Assembly (NCBI RefSeq): GCF_024502345.1
Contig: NZ_JALDNN010000001.1
Length of the DNA stretch: 64,000 bases
Direction: 5' to 3' (one strand)
Origin: Escherichia coli
Lineage (GTDB): Bacteria; Pseudomonadota; Gammaproteobacteria; Enterobacterales; Enterobacteriaceae
Position numbers and translations under genes: made by a program. The notes beneath the pieces were generated by a model. The model was given only the letters and a program-made list of their open reading frames with translations, searched no databases and was not told where the DNA came from. This document shows, piece by piece, positions 23,203-32,487 of this stretch; position 1 is the stretch's first letter, and every line of letters begins with the position of its first letter.

Positions 23203-23616
23203 GTTGCTGGTTCTTTTACTTTGAGAGATTTTAATTGATGGGTATTGTTTCTACGACAATAAAGTTTTGACAAAGAAGCAAATAAAATGCATATCTTTCG
23301 ATTGTCACACATTGGAATATCGACAGAGCATTGATGATATTACGCAAAATATATTGCAGCCAAGTGAACTGACATTACGATCGAACACAAATGCAACATG
23401 ATGGATACTACCATTACATGTCGAGCTTGATTTTCCGTTTATTTCACGATTATCTCTTGATATTAACAGCTACGGACTTTTAAACAGATAAATCTCCCCG
23501 TACATCACCACAATATTATCCTTCGAAGTCCCGCAAAGCTCCGAAATATTTCGCGTCATTGGCCCTGAAAGCAATATCAAGACAGTGGGCAAAATAGCTT
23601 TCCTGACTGAGTTCAC

Positions 23617-23845
23617 TGTGGGATGCAAATAAAGTTTCATCCTAACCCTAAAAACAGAGAGAAACGTCGCGCGCTCTCCTATTCATAAAAAATCCCTTTT
23701 ATATCAGTATGTTGTGAGCACTTACACCCGAGACTGGATCGTTTTGCCTTTCATGGGAGAATGATTAAGGGCGCTAAAGTATCATCCTAATTTTCGCCCA
23801 GGCTCGAAAAATACGGTAAATGGTGAAAATAAAGATTCATCCTTT
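23617..23845. repeat. Tn7-like left end with three spaced TnsB-binding-type repeats
   Basis: ATAAAGTTTCATCC (about 23626), TAAAGTATCATCC (about 23776), ATAAAGATTCATCC (about 23829). Confidence 0.7.
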
Positions 23846-24138
23846 TCCGATGTTGCCCGTTCCAACACGTAAGCAGTCAGTCAGAAAAAACACATAGATC
23901 CAATCCCTAGCGAGCATTGAGCTCTCTCATCCGTGCCAACTGCTCCAACCCTTGGACGCCCTAAATGCTTACCCAAAAAAATCAACACCTTCTTTTAAAA
24001 ACACAATCAAAAATGACACCCTTATATCCATTTAACCTAAACAGCCTTCCCCCCACTGCACTAGCTAGGGCTCGTAGTTCGGCGCAAGGCTGAAGTCGCT
24101 TGGCTGCTTCGCTGTGCAGATCCATGACCCACTTTCCA

Positions 24139-25302
24139 TCAAACTCCCGGTTGTAGTTCCACAAGCATCTCGCGAGTCTTGCCGGCCCGCTCCACTAACA
24201 AGACCACAACATCTCCAACGTTCTTGTCGTCTAGCCGGGCCTGTAATGTGGTGACGTCGTCGACGGCGATACCGTCGATGCTGATAACGCGATCGCCGGG
24301 CACGATGCCGCCTGCGGTGACCTCGACGCCGACGAGCCCGGCCCTGTGCGCCGCCGAGCCCGGCGTCACGCGCAATACGAATACGCCCTTACTGCCGGTC
24401 AGCGCCTGCAGACGCGCGTTGAGCTGCTCATCCACCTCGATGCCCAGCGCCGGACGGATGTACTTGCCGGTCTTTATGAGTTGCGGCACCACGCGCATGA
24501 CGGTATCGACCGGCACCGCAAAGCCGATGCCGGCCGAGGCGCCAGACGGACTGTAGATGGCGGTATTGATGCCGATCAGCCGCCCAGCCGAATCGAGCAG
24601 CGGGCCACCGGAATTGCCGGGGTTGATAGCGGCGTCGGTCTGGATCAGGTGGTCAATGGCCGGGCCACTGGCGTCGCCGGAAAGGGTGCGGTCAAGCGCC
24701 GAGACGATGCCGGTGGTGAGCGTCCAGTCGAGCCCGAAGGGATTGCCAATGGCAAAGACCTTTTGCCCCACCTTGAGATCGGCACTGGTGCCCACCGGCA
24801 CCGCCGGCGGGCGCTTGAAGCCGACGCCAATCTTGAGTACCGCGATGTCGTGCGCAGGACTAGCGCCAACGAGCGCAGCCTGATAATCGCGACCGTCGGC
24901 CAGTTTGACCGTGGCAGACGATGCCCCCTGGATCACGTGGAAGTTGGTCACCACGTGGCCGGCATCGTCCCAGATGAAGCCGGAGCCGGTGCCGCGCGGC
25001 ACGGAAAAGACATTGCGCGACCAGACGTGACGCACTAGTTGTGCCGTGGTGATGTAAACCACCGACCCGCGCGATTTCTCGAACAGCTCGATGGTGGTTT
25101 TTTCGTCGGCGGCCAGGTCGCCGCGCGGCGTCACCGTGCGCTCCTGCGTTTCGTGGGGACTGAACCAGGCTTCGATGGCGGGCAGGAACTGCCACAGCAG
25201 CATGAGTGCGGCGATGCAGCCAGTGATGACGAGCCAGCGCCGGATGAAGCGGTCCGGCGCCGGGCGGCTGTAGGGGTCGGGGTAGGTCACGTCATTCTCC
25301 AT
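24139..25302 (-). CDS. degP: DegP/HtrA-family periplasmic serine protease
   Basis: 387-aa ORF with trypsin-like catalytic motif GNSGGPLLD and a C-terminal PDZ-like region. Confidence 0.85.
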   Translation of the reverse strand: MENDVTYPDPYSRPAPDRFIRRWLVITGCIAALMLLWQFLPAIEAWFSPHETQERTVTPRGDLAADEKTTIELFEKSRGSVVYITTAQLVRHVWSRNVFSVPRGTGSGFIWDDAGHVVTNFHVIQGASSATVKLADGRDYQAALVGASPAHDIAVLKIGVGFKRPPAVPVGTSADLKVGQKVFAIGNPFGLDWTLTTGIVSALDRTLSGDASGPAIDHLIQTDAAINPGNSGGPLLDSAGRLIGINTAIYSPSGASAGIGFAVPVDTVMRVVPQLIKTGKYIRPALGIEVDEQLNARLQALTGSKGVFVLRVTPGSAAHRAGLVGVEVTAGGIVPGDRVISIDGIAVDDVTTLQARLDDKNVGDVVVLLVERAGKTREMLVELQPGV

Positions 25303-25309
25303 GTTGAAA

Positions 25310-26299
25310 TCAGCGCCAAAGGCCGCCGGTGCGCCAGCGTGGCGGACGTGGTGATACGGTCACCTCGGGGACGAAACGGGCCGATGGAAACGGCGGCATC
25401 GCGGGCGGCGGAGCAAGTTCCAGCAAGCGCTCAATGCGTTCAGCCGTCGCCGGATGCGTGCGCAACCAGGAGGGTTCCGGATTGCCCCATCCGGGCAGCA
25501 GCCAGGCGCGCCAGGAGCGGCTCACCCGCTCGATCTTGGCGAGCGCCGAGGCCAGCCCGTGCGGGTCGCCGGTCAATTCGGCAGCGAGCCGGTCGGCGTC
25601 GAATTCGCGCACCCTGGACAAGCCCAACTGAGCCAGCAAGGCCAGCTGTGGCGCGACCGCCAGTAGAAGCAACGCGGGCCAATTGACTTCCGCGACTCCA
25701 AGCAGCAGCGCTGGCAAGCTGAGCACGATCGCAAGCTGCCCCAGCAGGGCCAGCAGATGGGTCAGCCGGCTGATGGAATCGGCCAGGCCCATGACACGCA
25801 AATCCTCGTTCGCAATATGCGCGATTTCGTGGCCGAGCACGCCGGTCAACTCGCGGGGCGTGAGGCTACGCAGCAGGCCGTCGGTCAGCGCGATGGCCGC
25901 GTGATGCTTCGAACCGGTGGCGAAGGCGTTGACGACCCCGCTGGGCACGTAGTGCGGTACCGGCACGGCAGGCAGCCCGGCCCGCGCCGCCAGTTCGCGC
26001 AACACAGCCCAAAGATCGGGCGCTTCATCCGGGTACAGGGGGCGTGCGCCATACAGCCGCAAGGTCAGTCCGGAGGCGGCCGCCGGTTCGAGCAGCAGGG
26101 TGAACCCCGCGGCCGCAAGCGCCAGCCACAGCCCGCCGTCACCCAACAGCAGGCTGCCAGCGACGGCGGCAATCCCGAGCAGGGTCAGCACCAACAGCGC
26201 GGTTTGCAGGCGATTGAGCCAGCGATGCCGCGCGCCGACATCCTGCGCGTGGCGCAGATCACGACTGATCATCTGAGCGTTCCCCGGCGGTCCGGTCAT
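25310..26299 (-). CDS. M48-family zinc metalloprotease (HtpX-like)
   Basis: HEXXH motif in LGHEIAHIANEDL; hydrophobic N-terminal segments. Confidence 0.8.
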   Translation of the reverse strand: MTGPPGNAQMISRDLRHAQDVGARHRWLNRLQTALLVLTLLGIAAVAGSLLLGDGGLWLALAAAGFTLLLEPAAASGLTLRLYGARPLYPDEAPDLWAVLRELAARAGLPAVPVPHYVPSGVVNAFATGSKHHAAIALTDGLLRSLTPRELTGVLGHEIAHIANEDLRVMGLADSISRLTHLLALLGQLAIVLSLPALLLGVAEVNWPALLLLAVAPQLALLAQLGLSRVREFDADRLAAELTGDPHGLASALAKIERVSRSWRAWLLPGWGNPEPSWLRTHPATAERIERLLELAPPPAMPPFPSARFVPEVTVSPRPPRWRTGGLWR

Positions 26300-26762
26300 C
26301 GCGCTCGCGCAGCAGCCAGTAAGTCACCCCGAGCGCCAGCGTAGCACCTGCGAGCGCGGCGATCTTGCCGGGGCTCGCCTCGGGGTCGAGGATCACGAAC
26401 TTGCGCGCCAGCGCGATCAGGCCGATGAGGATCACCGTCTTGACCTGGATGATGCTGTCCCGACGCAGCGCCACGCGCACGATGGAATGCTTGAATTCCA
26501 TGGCGATGAGCAGCGTCATGATCATGGCGAACACGGTCTGGAAGACCTTGTGATCAAGCGGATTGAACGCGTCGAGGATCAGCAGCGTGAAGACAATGGA
26601 CATGAGCTGGAGCAGCGACACCACGATGATCACGGCGATCACCGCAGACAGCACGAGCGCGATGACCTGCTCGAAGCGCTCGTAGAACGTCATCACGGCC
26701 CATTGGGCGCGAAAAGTTTTCGTCAGCGTAGGTTGCTTTTCATTCATCGCCATTTCCCTCAA
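26259..26762 (-). CDS. psiE: PsiE-family inner-membrane protein (phosphate-starvation-inducible)
   Basis: 167-aa multi-pass membrane ORF with a PsiE-like hydrophobic pattern. Confidence 0.75.
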   Translation of the reverse strand: MREMAMNEKQPTLTKTFRAQWAVMTFYERFEQVIALVLSAVIAVIIVVSLLQLMSIVFTLLILDAFNPLDHKVFQTVFAMIMTLLIAMEFKHSIVRVALRRDSIIQVKTVILIGLIALARKFVILDPEASPGKIAALAGATLALGVTYWLLRERDDRTAGERSDDQS

Positions 26763-27610
26763 TTTACATTGGCAACCATAACTTGGTTGCGCCCTTGTCT
26801 TTTTGCCTGGTAGAGCGCGCTGTCCGCCTGCTGCATCACCTGCTCGGAAGAGTTTAAGCGGACGTCGAGGGGAGCCACCCCCATGCTGGCGCTATAGCTG
26901 ATCGACACCTCTCCACACACCAGCGCTGTCGCCGCAACGTCCTGACGAAATCGCTCCGCCCATACTTGGGCGTCTTCTATCGATGCCGCTTCCAACAACA
27001 CAGCGAATTCCTCCCCCCCCCCAATCCGTGCAGCCATGTCGGTTGCGCGAACATGTTCCCTCAACCGTGAAGCAAAGTGCTTGAGCACCTCATCGCCGCA
27101 TCCGTGCCCATAGGTATCATTGATGCGCTTGAAGTGATCGATATCGCAGAGCACAAGTGCTGCTTGTATCTCCGGGCTGCGTTTGAGGCGCGCCCATTCC
27201 AGCTGTAATCGTTCGTTAAAAGCCCGCCGGTTCGACAAGCCGGTCAAGGGGTCGGTGATCGCCATGCGCAGCAACCGCTGCTCCATTTCCTTGCGAGAAG
27301 AGATGTCGAGCAGAGTGCCCACCATCAATTGCCTGCCCGTGTCACCCAGCCAACGACCGCGATCCAGCACCCAAATCCAAACGCCGGATCGATGACGAAC
27401 GCGGTACTCGCACTCCAATCGCTCCGACGGATTTTCTTGGTAAGCGCGCACCTTTGCCAGAACGACCGGTAAATCCTCCGGATGAATACGCGCTTGCCAT
27501 GCGGCATGGGTGGCGCCAATCTCCTCGTCGGAGGTCAAGCCGAACATCGCCAGACTGCGGGCAGAAAGCCTGAAGCTGTCGGTGGCAAGATCCCACTCCC
27601 AGAATCCCAA
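26759..27610 (-). CDS. PAS-GGDEF protein, putative diguanylate cyclase
   Basis: 283-aa ORF with GGDEF-domain signatures (RIGGGEEF active-site motif, DHFKRIND) after an N-terminal PAS-like region. Confidence 0.75.
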   Translation of the reverse strand: MGFWEWDLATDSFRLSARSLAMFGLTSDEEIGATHAAWQARIHPEDLPVVLAKVRAYQENPSERLECEYRVRHRSGVWIWVLDRGRWLGDTGRQLMVGTLLDISSRKEMEQRLLRMAITDPLTGLSNRRAFNERLQLEWARLKRSPEIQAALVLCDIDHFKRINDTYGHGCGDEVLKHFASRLREHVRATDMAARIGGGEEFAVLLEAASIEDAQVWAERFRQDVAATALVCGEVSISYSASMGVAPLDVRLNSSEQVMQQADSALYQAKRQGRNQVMVANVN

Positions 27611-27779
27611 CTCTGCGCCTTCCAGGGCGATGGCGATCCGTTCGTTGTCGTCGATTTTCGCTTGTTGGCGATGCTTCAGCTCGTCACGCCTGTGGCGATT
27701 GGTACGAGCAAAACGCCATAACGCAACCCCATGCCAACATTGGCAAGTAGCGACACCATCAGCCAGATGGTCGGCCCGT

Positions 27780-29498
27780 TCATGGTCTATCCCCGCCTGA
27801 CTGACTGAGTGCCTGCCGTAATTCCTCGATCCGGTGGTCGACTTGGTCGGCGTTGATGCCCAACATCAACAGTACCTGCTCGGCCAGTCCCAGTCCCGCA
27901 GCCAGGTACAACGGGTACAGTCTGACATTGGGCAGATTACGCAAAAGCTGGGCATCCGTTACGCGCTCAGTGGCCACCACCACGGACAAGCTCAGGCGGC
28001 GGTCGAGAACCGCCTGAGCGATACGCAGGGCCGTCTGCGGACGGGCAAACGTCAGCACCACCAGGCGGGCATGGGCCAATCCGGCGGCGGCCAGGGTGTC
28101 GAGCCGACTGGCATCGCCATACGACACCGGCGCCCCCATAGCACGCCCCGCTTCGACCCGTTGGCGGTCCGATTCCAGCAGCAAATGCGGTATGCCTGCC
28201 AGGCGCAGCGTTCGGCTCAGCAGCAGCCCGACGTCATCCGCCCCACAGATGATCACATGGTCGCGCAACGACCGCGCCCGCTCGGCGACTTCGCCTTCTT
28301 CGGCCTGCGGTGGCTGACCGAGTGCGCCCGAGCGGCTGAAAGCCCGCGCCCATCGGTCATGGTGTCGGATCAGGAGCGGTGCCAACCCCATGCTCAACAC
28401 CAGCGCCACCAGCATCGGTTGCACCATGGTGGCGGCGATCAGGTGCTGCTGCATGACCATGCCCAGGAGCAGCAGCGCAAACTCGCCGCCATGACCCAGC
28501 ACGATGCCTGCGCGCCAGGCGTCGAGCGCCGACAGGCGGGTTGCGCGCAGCGCCAGAAAGTTCAGCCCCATCTTGAGAGGCACCAAGGCCAACAGCCAAC
28601 CCAGTACCGCCAGCGGTGCGGCCACGATCTGCGCGGTGTCCAGCTGCAGGCCAATGGTCACGAAGAACAGGCCCGACAGCACATCACGAAAGGGCTTGAG
28701 GTGGCTTTCCATGTGGTGCCGGAAGTCGCTCTCGCCCAGGACCATGCCGGCGAGAAAGGCCCCCAGGGCGGCGGATACGCCGACGGCGTGTGCAGCAGCG
28801 GCTGCCGCCACGACCACGCACAAGGAGACCAGCACGAAGGATTCTTCGTGGCCCTGCCGCGCCACCCAGCCCAGCAGGCCATGCAACAGACGACGCGAGG
28901 CAACCGCCGCTGCCGCGAACAACACCAGCACGCCCAACACTTCGAGCAGCACGCTCTCGATCTTCGGCGAGTCGCCGCGCGCCCAGATCGCCAGCAGGGC
29001 CAGCAGGGGCACGCTGGCCAGGTCCTGAAAGACCAGCACGGCGATGGCACTGCGGCCGTGGCGGGTGGTGAGCTCGCCTTGGTCGGCCAGCTGTCGGCTG
29101 ACCAGCGCCGTGGACGACATGGCCGCTGCGGCGCCGAGCAGTGCAGCGCTCTGAGCTGGCTGACCCAACCCGATCAGCACCAGGGTCAGTGGCGCGGCCA
29201 CGACGACCATCTGCAAGCTGCCGGACGCCAGTACGGTCTTGCGAGTGAGCCAGAAGTGCCCCAGCGAGAATTCCAGTCCGACCATGAACAGCAGCAGGGC
29301 CACACCCAGTTCGGATATGAAAGTCAACGCCTCTCCCGGCGCGATCACACCGCTGACCGAGGGGCCCAGCAAGGCGCCGACGGCGAGGTAACCCAGCAAG
29401 GCGGGTACTCTGAACGCCGCCGTCGCCACCACCGAGAGGCTGCACGCCGCCAGCAGGATCAGGGTAGTGCCGAGCAAATCCTGCGGATTCCACGCCAT
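27780..29498 (-). CDS. kefB: KefB-like cation/proton antiporter with C-terminal TrkA-N domain; first five codons derive from the IS21-family end
   Basis: 572-aa ORF with multiple TM helices and a Rossmann-like VIICGADDVG; start ATGGCGTGGAATCCGCAG lies inside the IS terminal repeat plus target duplication. Confidence 0.8.
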   Translation of the reverse strand: MAWNPQDLLGTTLILLAACSLSVVATAAFRVPALLGYLAVGALLGPSVSGVIAPGEALTFISELGVALLLFMVGLEFSLGHFWLTRKTVLASGSLQMVVVAAPLTLVLIGLGQPAQSAALLGAAAAMSSTALVSRQLADQGELTTRHGRSAIAVLVFQDLASVPLLALLAIWARGDSPKIESVLLEVLGVLVLFAAAAVASRRLLHGLLGWVARQGHEESFVLVSLCVVVAAAAAAHAVGVSAALGAFLAGMVLGESDFRHHMESHLKPFRDVLSGLFFVTIGLQLDTAQIVAAPLAVLGWLLALVPLKMGLNFLALRATRLSALDAWRAGIVLGHGGEFALLLLGMVMQQHLIAATMVQPMLVALVLSMGLAPLLIRHHDRWARAFSRSGALGQPPQAEEGEVAERARSLRDHVIICGADDVGLLLSRTLRLAGIPHLLLESDRQRVEAGRAMGAPVSYGDASRLDTLAAAGLAHARLVVLTFARPQTALRIAQAVLDRRLSLSVVVATERVTDAQLLRNLPNVRLYPLYLAAGLGLAEQVLLMLGINADQVDHRIEELRQALSQSGGDRP

Positions 29499-29586
29499 TC
29501 GGACACTCAGCCCACGCTGATCCGGACACCTGTTCCACGGCCATTCGGACAGGCAGTCGGAGCGCAGCGACGCAGGGGTTGCATTG

Positions 29587-30342
29587 TTAGTCTGAGGTGC
29601 CCGGTGTCGTCAATTTCTTCACCCGCTTTCTCATCGATTCGCCCTTGAGGTTGATCCGATAAGCGTTGTGCACCAGGCGGTCGAGGATGGCATCGGCCAG
29701 GGTTGGATCGCCGATCAGTTCGTGCCAGTTGTCCACGGGCATTTGGCTGGTCACGAGGGTCGAGCGCTGGCCGTAGCGGTCGTCCAGTAGCTCCAGCATG
29801 TCGCGGCGCTGTTCGGCGGTGAACGGCGCCAGGCCCCAGTCGTCGAGGATCAGCAGGTCGGTCTTGGCGTAGCTGCTCATCAGCTTGGCGAAGCGCCCGT
29901 CGCCGTGGGCTAGGCCCAACTCTTCCAACAGGCGCGGCAAGCGCAGGTAACGCACGCTGTAGCCCTCTCGGCAGGCCTGGTGTGCCAGGGCGCAGGCCAG
30001 CCAGGTTTTACCCACGCCAGTCGGACCGTTGATGATCAGGTTGAGTCCGTCGCGCAGCCACTGGCCGCTACCCAGTTGCAGGATCAAGCCCTTGTCCAGC
30101 CCGCGCGGGGCACGGTAGTCGATGTCTTCGAGGCAGGCGCTGTGCTTGAGCCGGGCCTGGCGCAGGCGGCTGCTGAGGCGCTTGTCGTCGCGTTCGGTCA
30201 GTTCGCGGTCGACCAGCAGGCCGAGGCGTTCCACGAAGCTCAAGCTGTCGATGTCCGGGGTTTTCAGTTGCTCGGCGAGTGCCTTGAGCATGCCGGTCAG
30301 GCGCAGGGTCTGGAGCTTGTCCAGGGTCGGATGGGGCAGCAT
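29587..30342 (-). CDS. istB: IS21-family helper ATPase IstB
   Basis: Start MLPHPTLDKLQTLRL... (cat at 30340-30342); Walker [12 protein letters not shown]. Confidence 0.85.
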   Translation of the reverse strand: MLPHPTLDKLQTLRLTGMLKALAEQLKTPDIDSLSFVERLGLLVDRELTERDDKRLSSRLRQARLKHSACLEDIDYRAPRGLDKGLILQLGSGQWLRDGLNLIINGPTGVGKTWLACALAHQACREGYSVRYLRLPRLLEELGLAHGDGRFAKLMSSYAKTDLLILDDWGLAPFTAEQRRDMLELLDDRYGQRSTLVTSQMPVDNWHELIGDPTLADAILDRLVHNAYRINLKGESMRKRVKKLTTPGTSD

Positions 30343-30359
30343 GGTGGGATTCCTTGTGT

Positions 30360-31874
30360 TTAGTGGTAGTAGCCGGGGCCGCGCAGGTTGGCGTGGTCGT
30401 CCGGCAGCAGGGGCAGGTGCTGCTGGGCCAGCGGCAGATTTTCCAGCCCCTGGCGCAGGATCGATTCGAGGCTCTTGTAGCTGCACGCACCGAGGCTGAG
30501 GGCGCGACGGCAGGCCAACTCCAAGCACACTTCGCCATGGGTCTTGCCCAGGCGCAGGATGCCCAGGCAGGCCCGGTAGCCTTGGGTTGGGTGGATGCGC
30601 CGTTCGAGGATGTGGCTGATCACGCCGGCCGTGTTCGGCCCGGTCTGCTCAGCCCAGCGGATCAGCCGTTGTGGCGTCCACTCGGCGTGCTCGCGATGGC
30701 TCTTGGGCATGTGCTCGGCCTGTGTGCTGTGCCGGCCCTTGTGCGGTGAGCGAAGGTGGCTGGCCACCCGCTGATTGGCGTGGAAGCACTCCACCGTGCG
30801 CGCTGTCAGGCGTACTTCCAGTTGTTTCTTCACCAGTTGGTACGGCACCGAGTAGTAGTGCCCATCGACCTCGACGTGGTAGTCGATGTGCACCCGCGCC
30901 TTCTTCCACTCGGCATAGACGTAGGGCTGCTCCGGCAGTGGGCGCAGCGCTGGACGATCCAGGGCTTCGAAGGCCGAGTGCCGGGAGCCCGGCAGCTTGC
31001 GAAACGGTCGTCGGTTGAGCCGCTCCAGCAATAAGGCGATGGCGCTGTTGAGTTCGTCCAGGGAGAAGAACTGGCGGTTCCTCAGCGCGGCGAGGATCCA
31101 GCGCTCGACCACCTGCACGCCGACCTCGGCCTTAGCCTTGTCGCGCGGCTTACGCGCCCGCGCCGGCACCACCGCCACGCCATAGTGCTCGGCCAGATCG
31201 CGGTAGCTCGGGTTGATGTCCGGCTCGTAGCGATGGCTCTTACTCACCGCGCTTCGCAGGTTGTCCGGCACCACGATCTCCGGCACACCGCCGAGAAAGG
31301 AGAAGCAGCGGGCATGTGAGCCCAGCCAGTCAGGTAACTGCTGCGACCAGGTGGCTTCGGCGAAGGTGTAGCTGGATGCACCAAGCACCGCGACGAACAC
31401 CTGCGCCTGGCGGATCTCGCCGCTGTGGCGGTCGATCACCGGCACCGTCTGCCCGGCGTAGTCGACGAACAACTTCTCGCCAACGCGATGTTCCTGGCGC
31501 ATCACCACGTCCAGCTTGCCCTGCCAGGCTCGGTAGTGCTCGCAGAACCAGCTGTACTGAAAGCCTTTCGGCTGGCTCAGGCGATACTCCTGCCAGAGCA
31601 GCGCCAAGGTCACGCCCGGCCGGCGTAGCTCGGCGTGGATCATGGCCCAATCGGGCAGCGGTCGTTGCTCGGAGGGTACCGCCGCCGGTGGCGGGAACAG
31701 CTGCTGCTCCAACTCCGCATCGGACAACGAACAGGGCCAACTGAGGCCGCTGGCGGCAAAGCGACAGAGGTAATCACCGGCACTGCTGTGGCCTATGCCC
31801 AGACTGCGGGAGATCTTACGGACAGACAGCCCGCAATCGAACTTGAGGCGCAACACCTCACGGATTTTACGCAT
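30360..31874 (-). CDS. istA: IS21-family transposase IstA
   Basis: Start MRKIREVLRLKFDCGLSVRKISRSLG... (cat at 31872-31874); HTH then DDE region; the track ORF extends upstream into trx. Confidence 0.85.
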   Translation of the reverse strand: MRKIREVLRLKFDCGLSVRKISRSLGIGHSSAGDYLCRFAASGLSWPCSLSDAELEQQLFPPPAAVPSEQRPLPDWAMIHAELRRPGVTLALLWQEYRLSQPKGFQYSWFCEHYRAWQGKLDVVMRQEHRVGEKLFVDYAGQTVPVIDRHSGEIRQAQVFVAVLGASSYTFAEATWSQQLPDWLGSHARCFSFLGGVPEIVVPDNLRSAVSKSHRYEPDINPSYRDLAEHYGVAVVPARARKPRDKAKAEVGVQVVERWILAALRNRQFFSLDELNSAIALLLERLNRRPFRKLPGSRHSAFEALDRPALRPLPEQPYVYAEWKKARVHIDYHVEVDGHYYSVPYQLVKKQLEVRLTARTVECFHANQRVASHLRSPHKGRHSTQAEHMPKSHREHAEWTPQRLIRWAEQTGPNTAGVISHILERRIHPTQGYRACLGILRLGKTHGEVCLELACRRALSLGACSYKSLESILRQGLENLPLAQQHLPLLPDDHANLRGPGYYH

Positions 31875-32046
31875 GGACAAACGCTCCACGACGACCTCTC
31901 TGCTTCGAAAAAGAGGTCGATGGTAGTGAATAAATCCTGCGTAGCTGCCTGCCTGGAAAGTGTCCGGATGGCCGTGGAATCGGTGTCCGGATGCTCGTGG
32001 AATAAGTGTCCGGATCAGCGTGGAATCCGCACAAATCCTGCATCGG

Positions 32047-32487
32047 TCAGCGTCCCACCTGTGCAGAGGCCCAGCGCACGATGTCCTGCGAGCCCATGGC
32101 GCCTGCCTGGCGGGCGATCTCACGTCCGCCCTGGAACAGGGCGAGCGTCGGAATGCTGCGGATACCGAACTGCGCGGCCAGGTGGGGCTCAGCCTCGGTG
32201 TTCACCTTTGCCAGCCTGATCCCGGGTTCGAGCTGGCGCGCGGCTTGTTGAAACTGCGGCGCCATCATCTTGCACGGCCCGCACCAGGGCGCCCAGAAAT
32301 CGACCAGCAGCGGCAGATCGCTGCGCTCCACGTGGCGCGAGAACGTCGCCGTCGTCAACTCGATGGGCTCGCCGGTGAACAAGGGCTGCTGGCAGCGGCC
32401 GCAGTTGGAACGATCCGCGAGCTTGGCGGCCGGCACGCTGTTGATGGACTGGCAATGTGGGCAGACGATGTGGAGTTCATTTTTCAT
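32047..32487 (-). CDS. Thioredoxin with N-terminal zinc-finger extension (Trx2-like)
   Basis: 146-aa ORF with CPHC...CGRC N-terminal cysteines and active site WAPWCGPCK. Confidence 0.85.
   Translation of the reverse strand: MKNELHIVCPHCQSINSVPAAKLADRSNCGRCQQPLFTGEPIELTTATFSRHVERSDLPLLVDFWAPWCGPCKMMAPQFQQAARQLEPGIRLAKVNTEAEPHLAAQFGIRSIPTLALFQGGREIARQAGAMGSQDIVRWASAQVGR

Larger units (their letters stand above)
29482..32031 (-). mobile_element. IS21-family insertion sequence (istA-istB), 2550 bp
   Basis: Termini TGCGGATTCCACGCC at both ends with multiple internal GTGTCCGGA repeats; 7-bp target duplication CAAATCC at 29475-29481 and 32032-32038. Confidence 0.8.

Noticed and set aside
22650-23206. 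22-bp repeat cttattttgctggacatgttgc at the 5' ends of both the lipoprotein gene and the Tle1 fragment
   Set aside because: Most likely a duplicated ribosome-binding/start region from tandem gene duplication rather than a regulatory element; too short to interpret without comparison data.
27834-29648. 604-aa forward-strand ORF antisense to kefB
   Set aside because: Low-complexity Arg/Gln/Gly/His-rich translation with no domain signature; typical antisense ORF in high-GC DNA. The reverse-strand kefB has clear membrane-transporter features.
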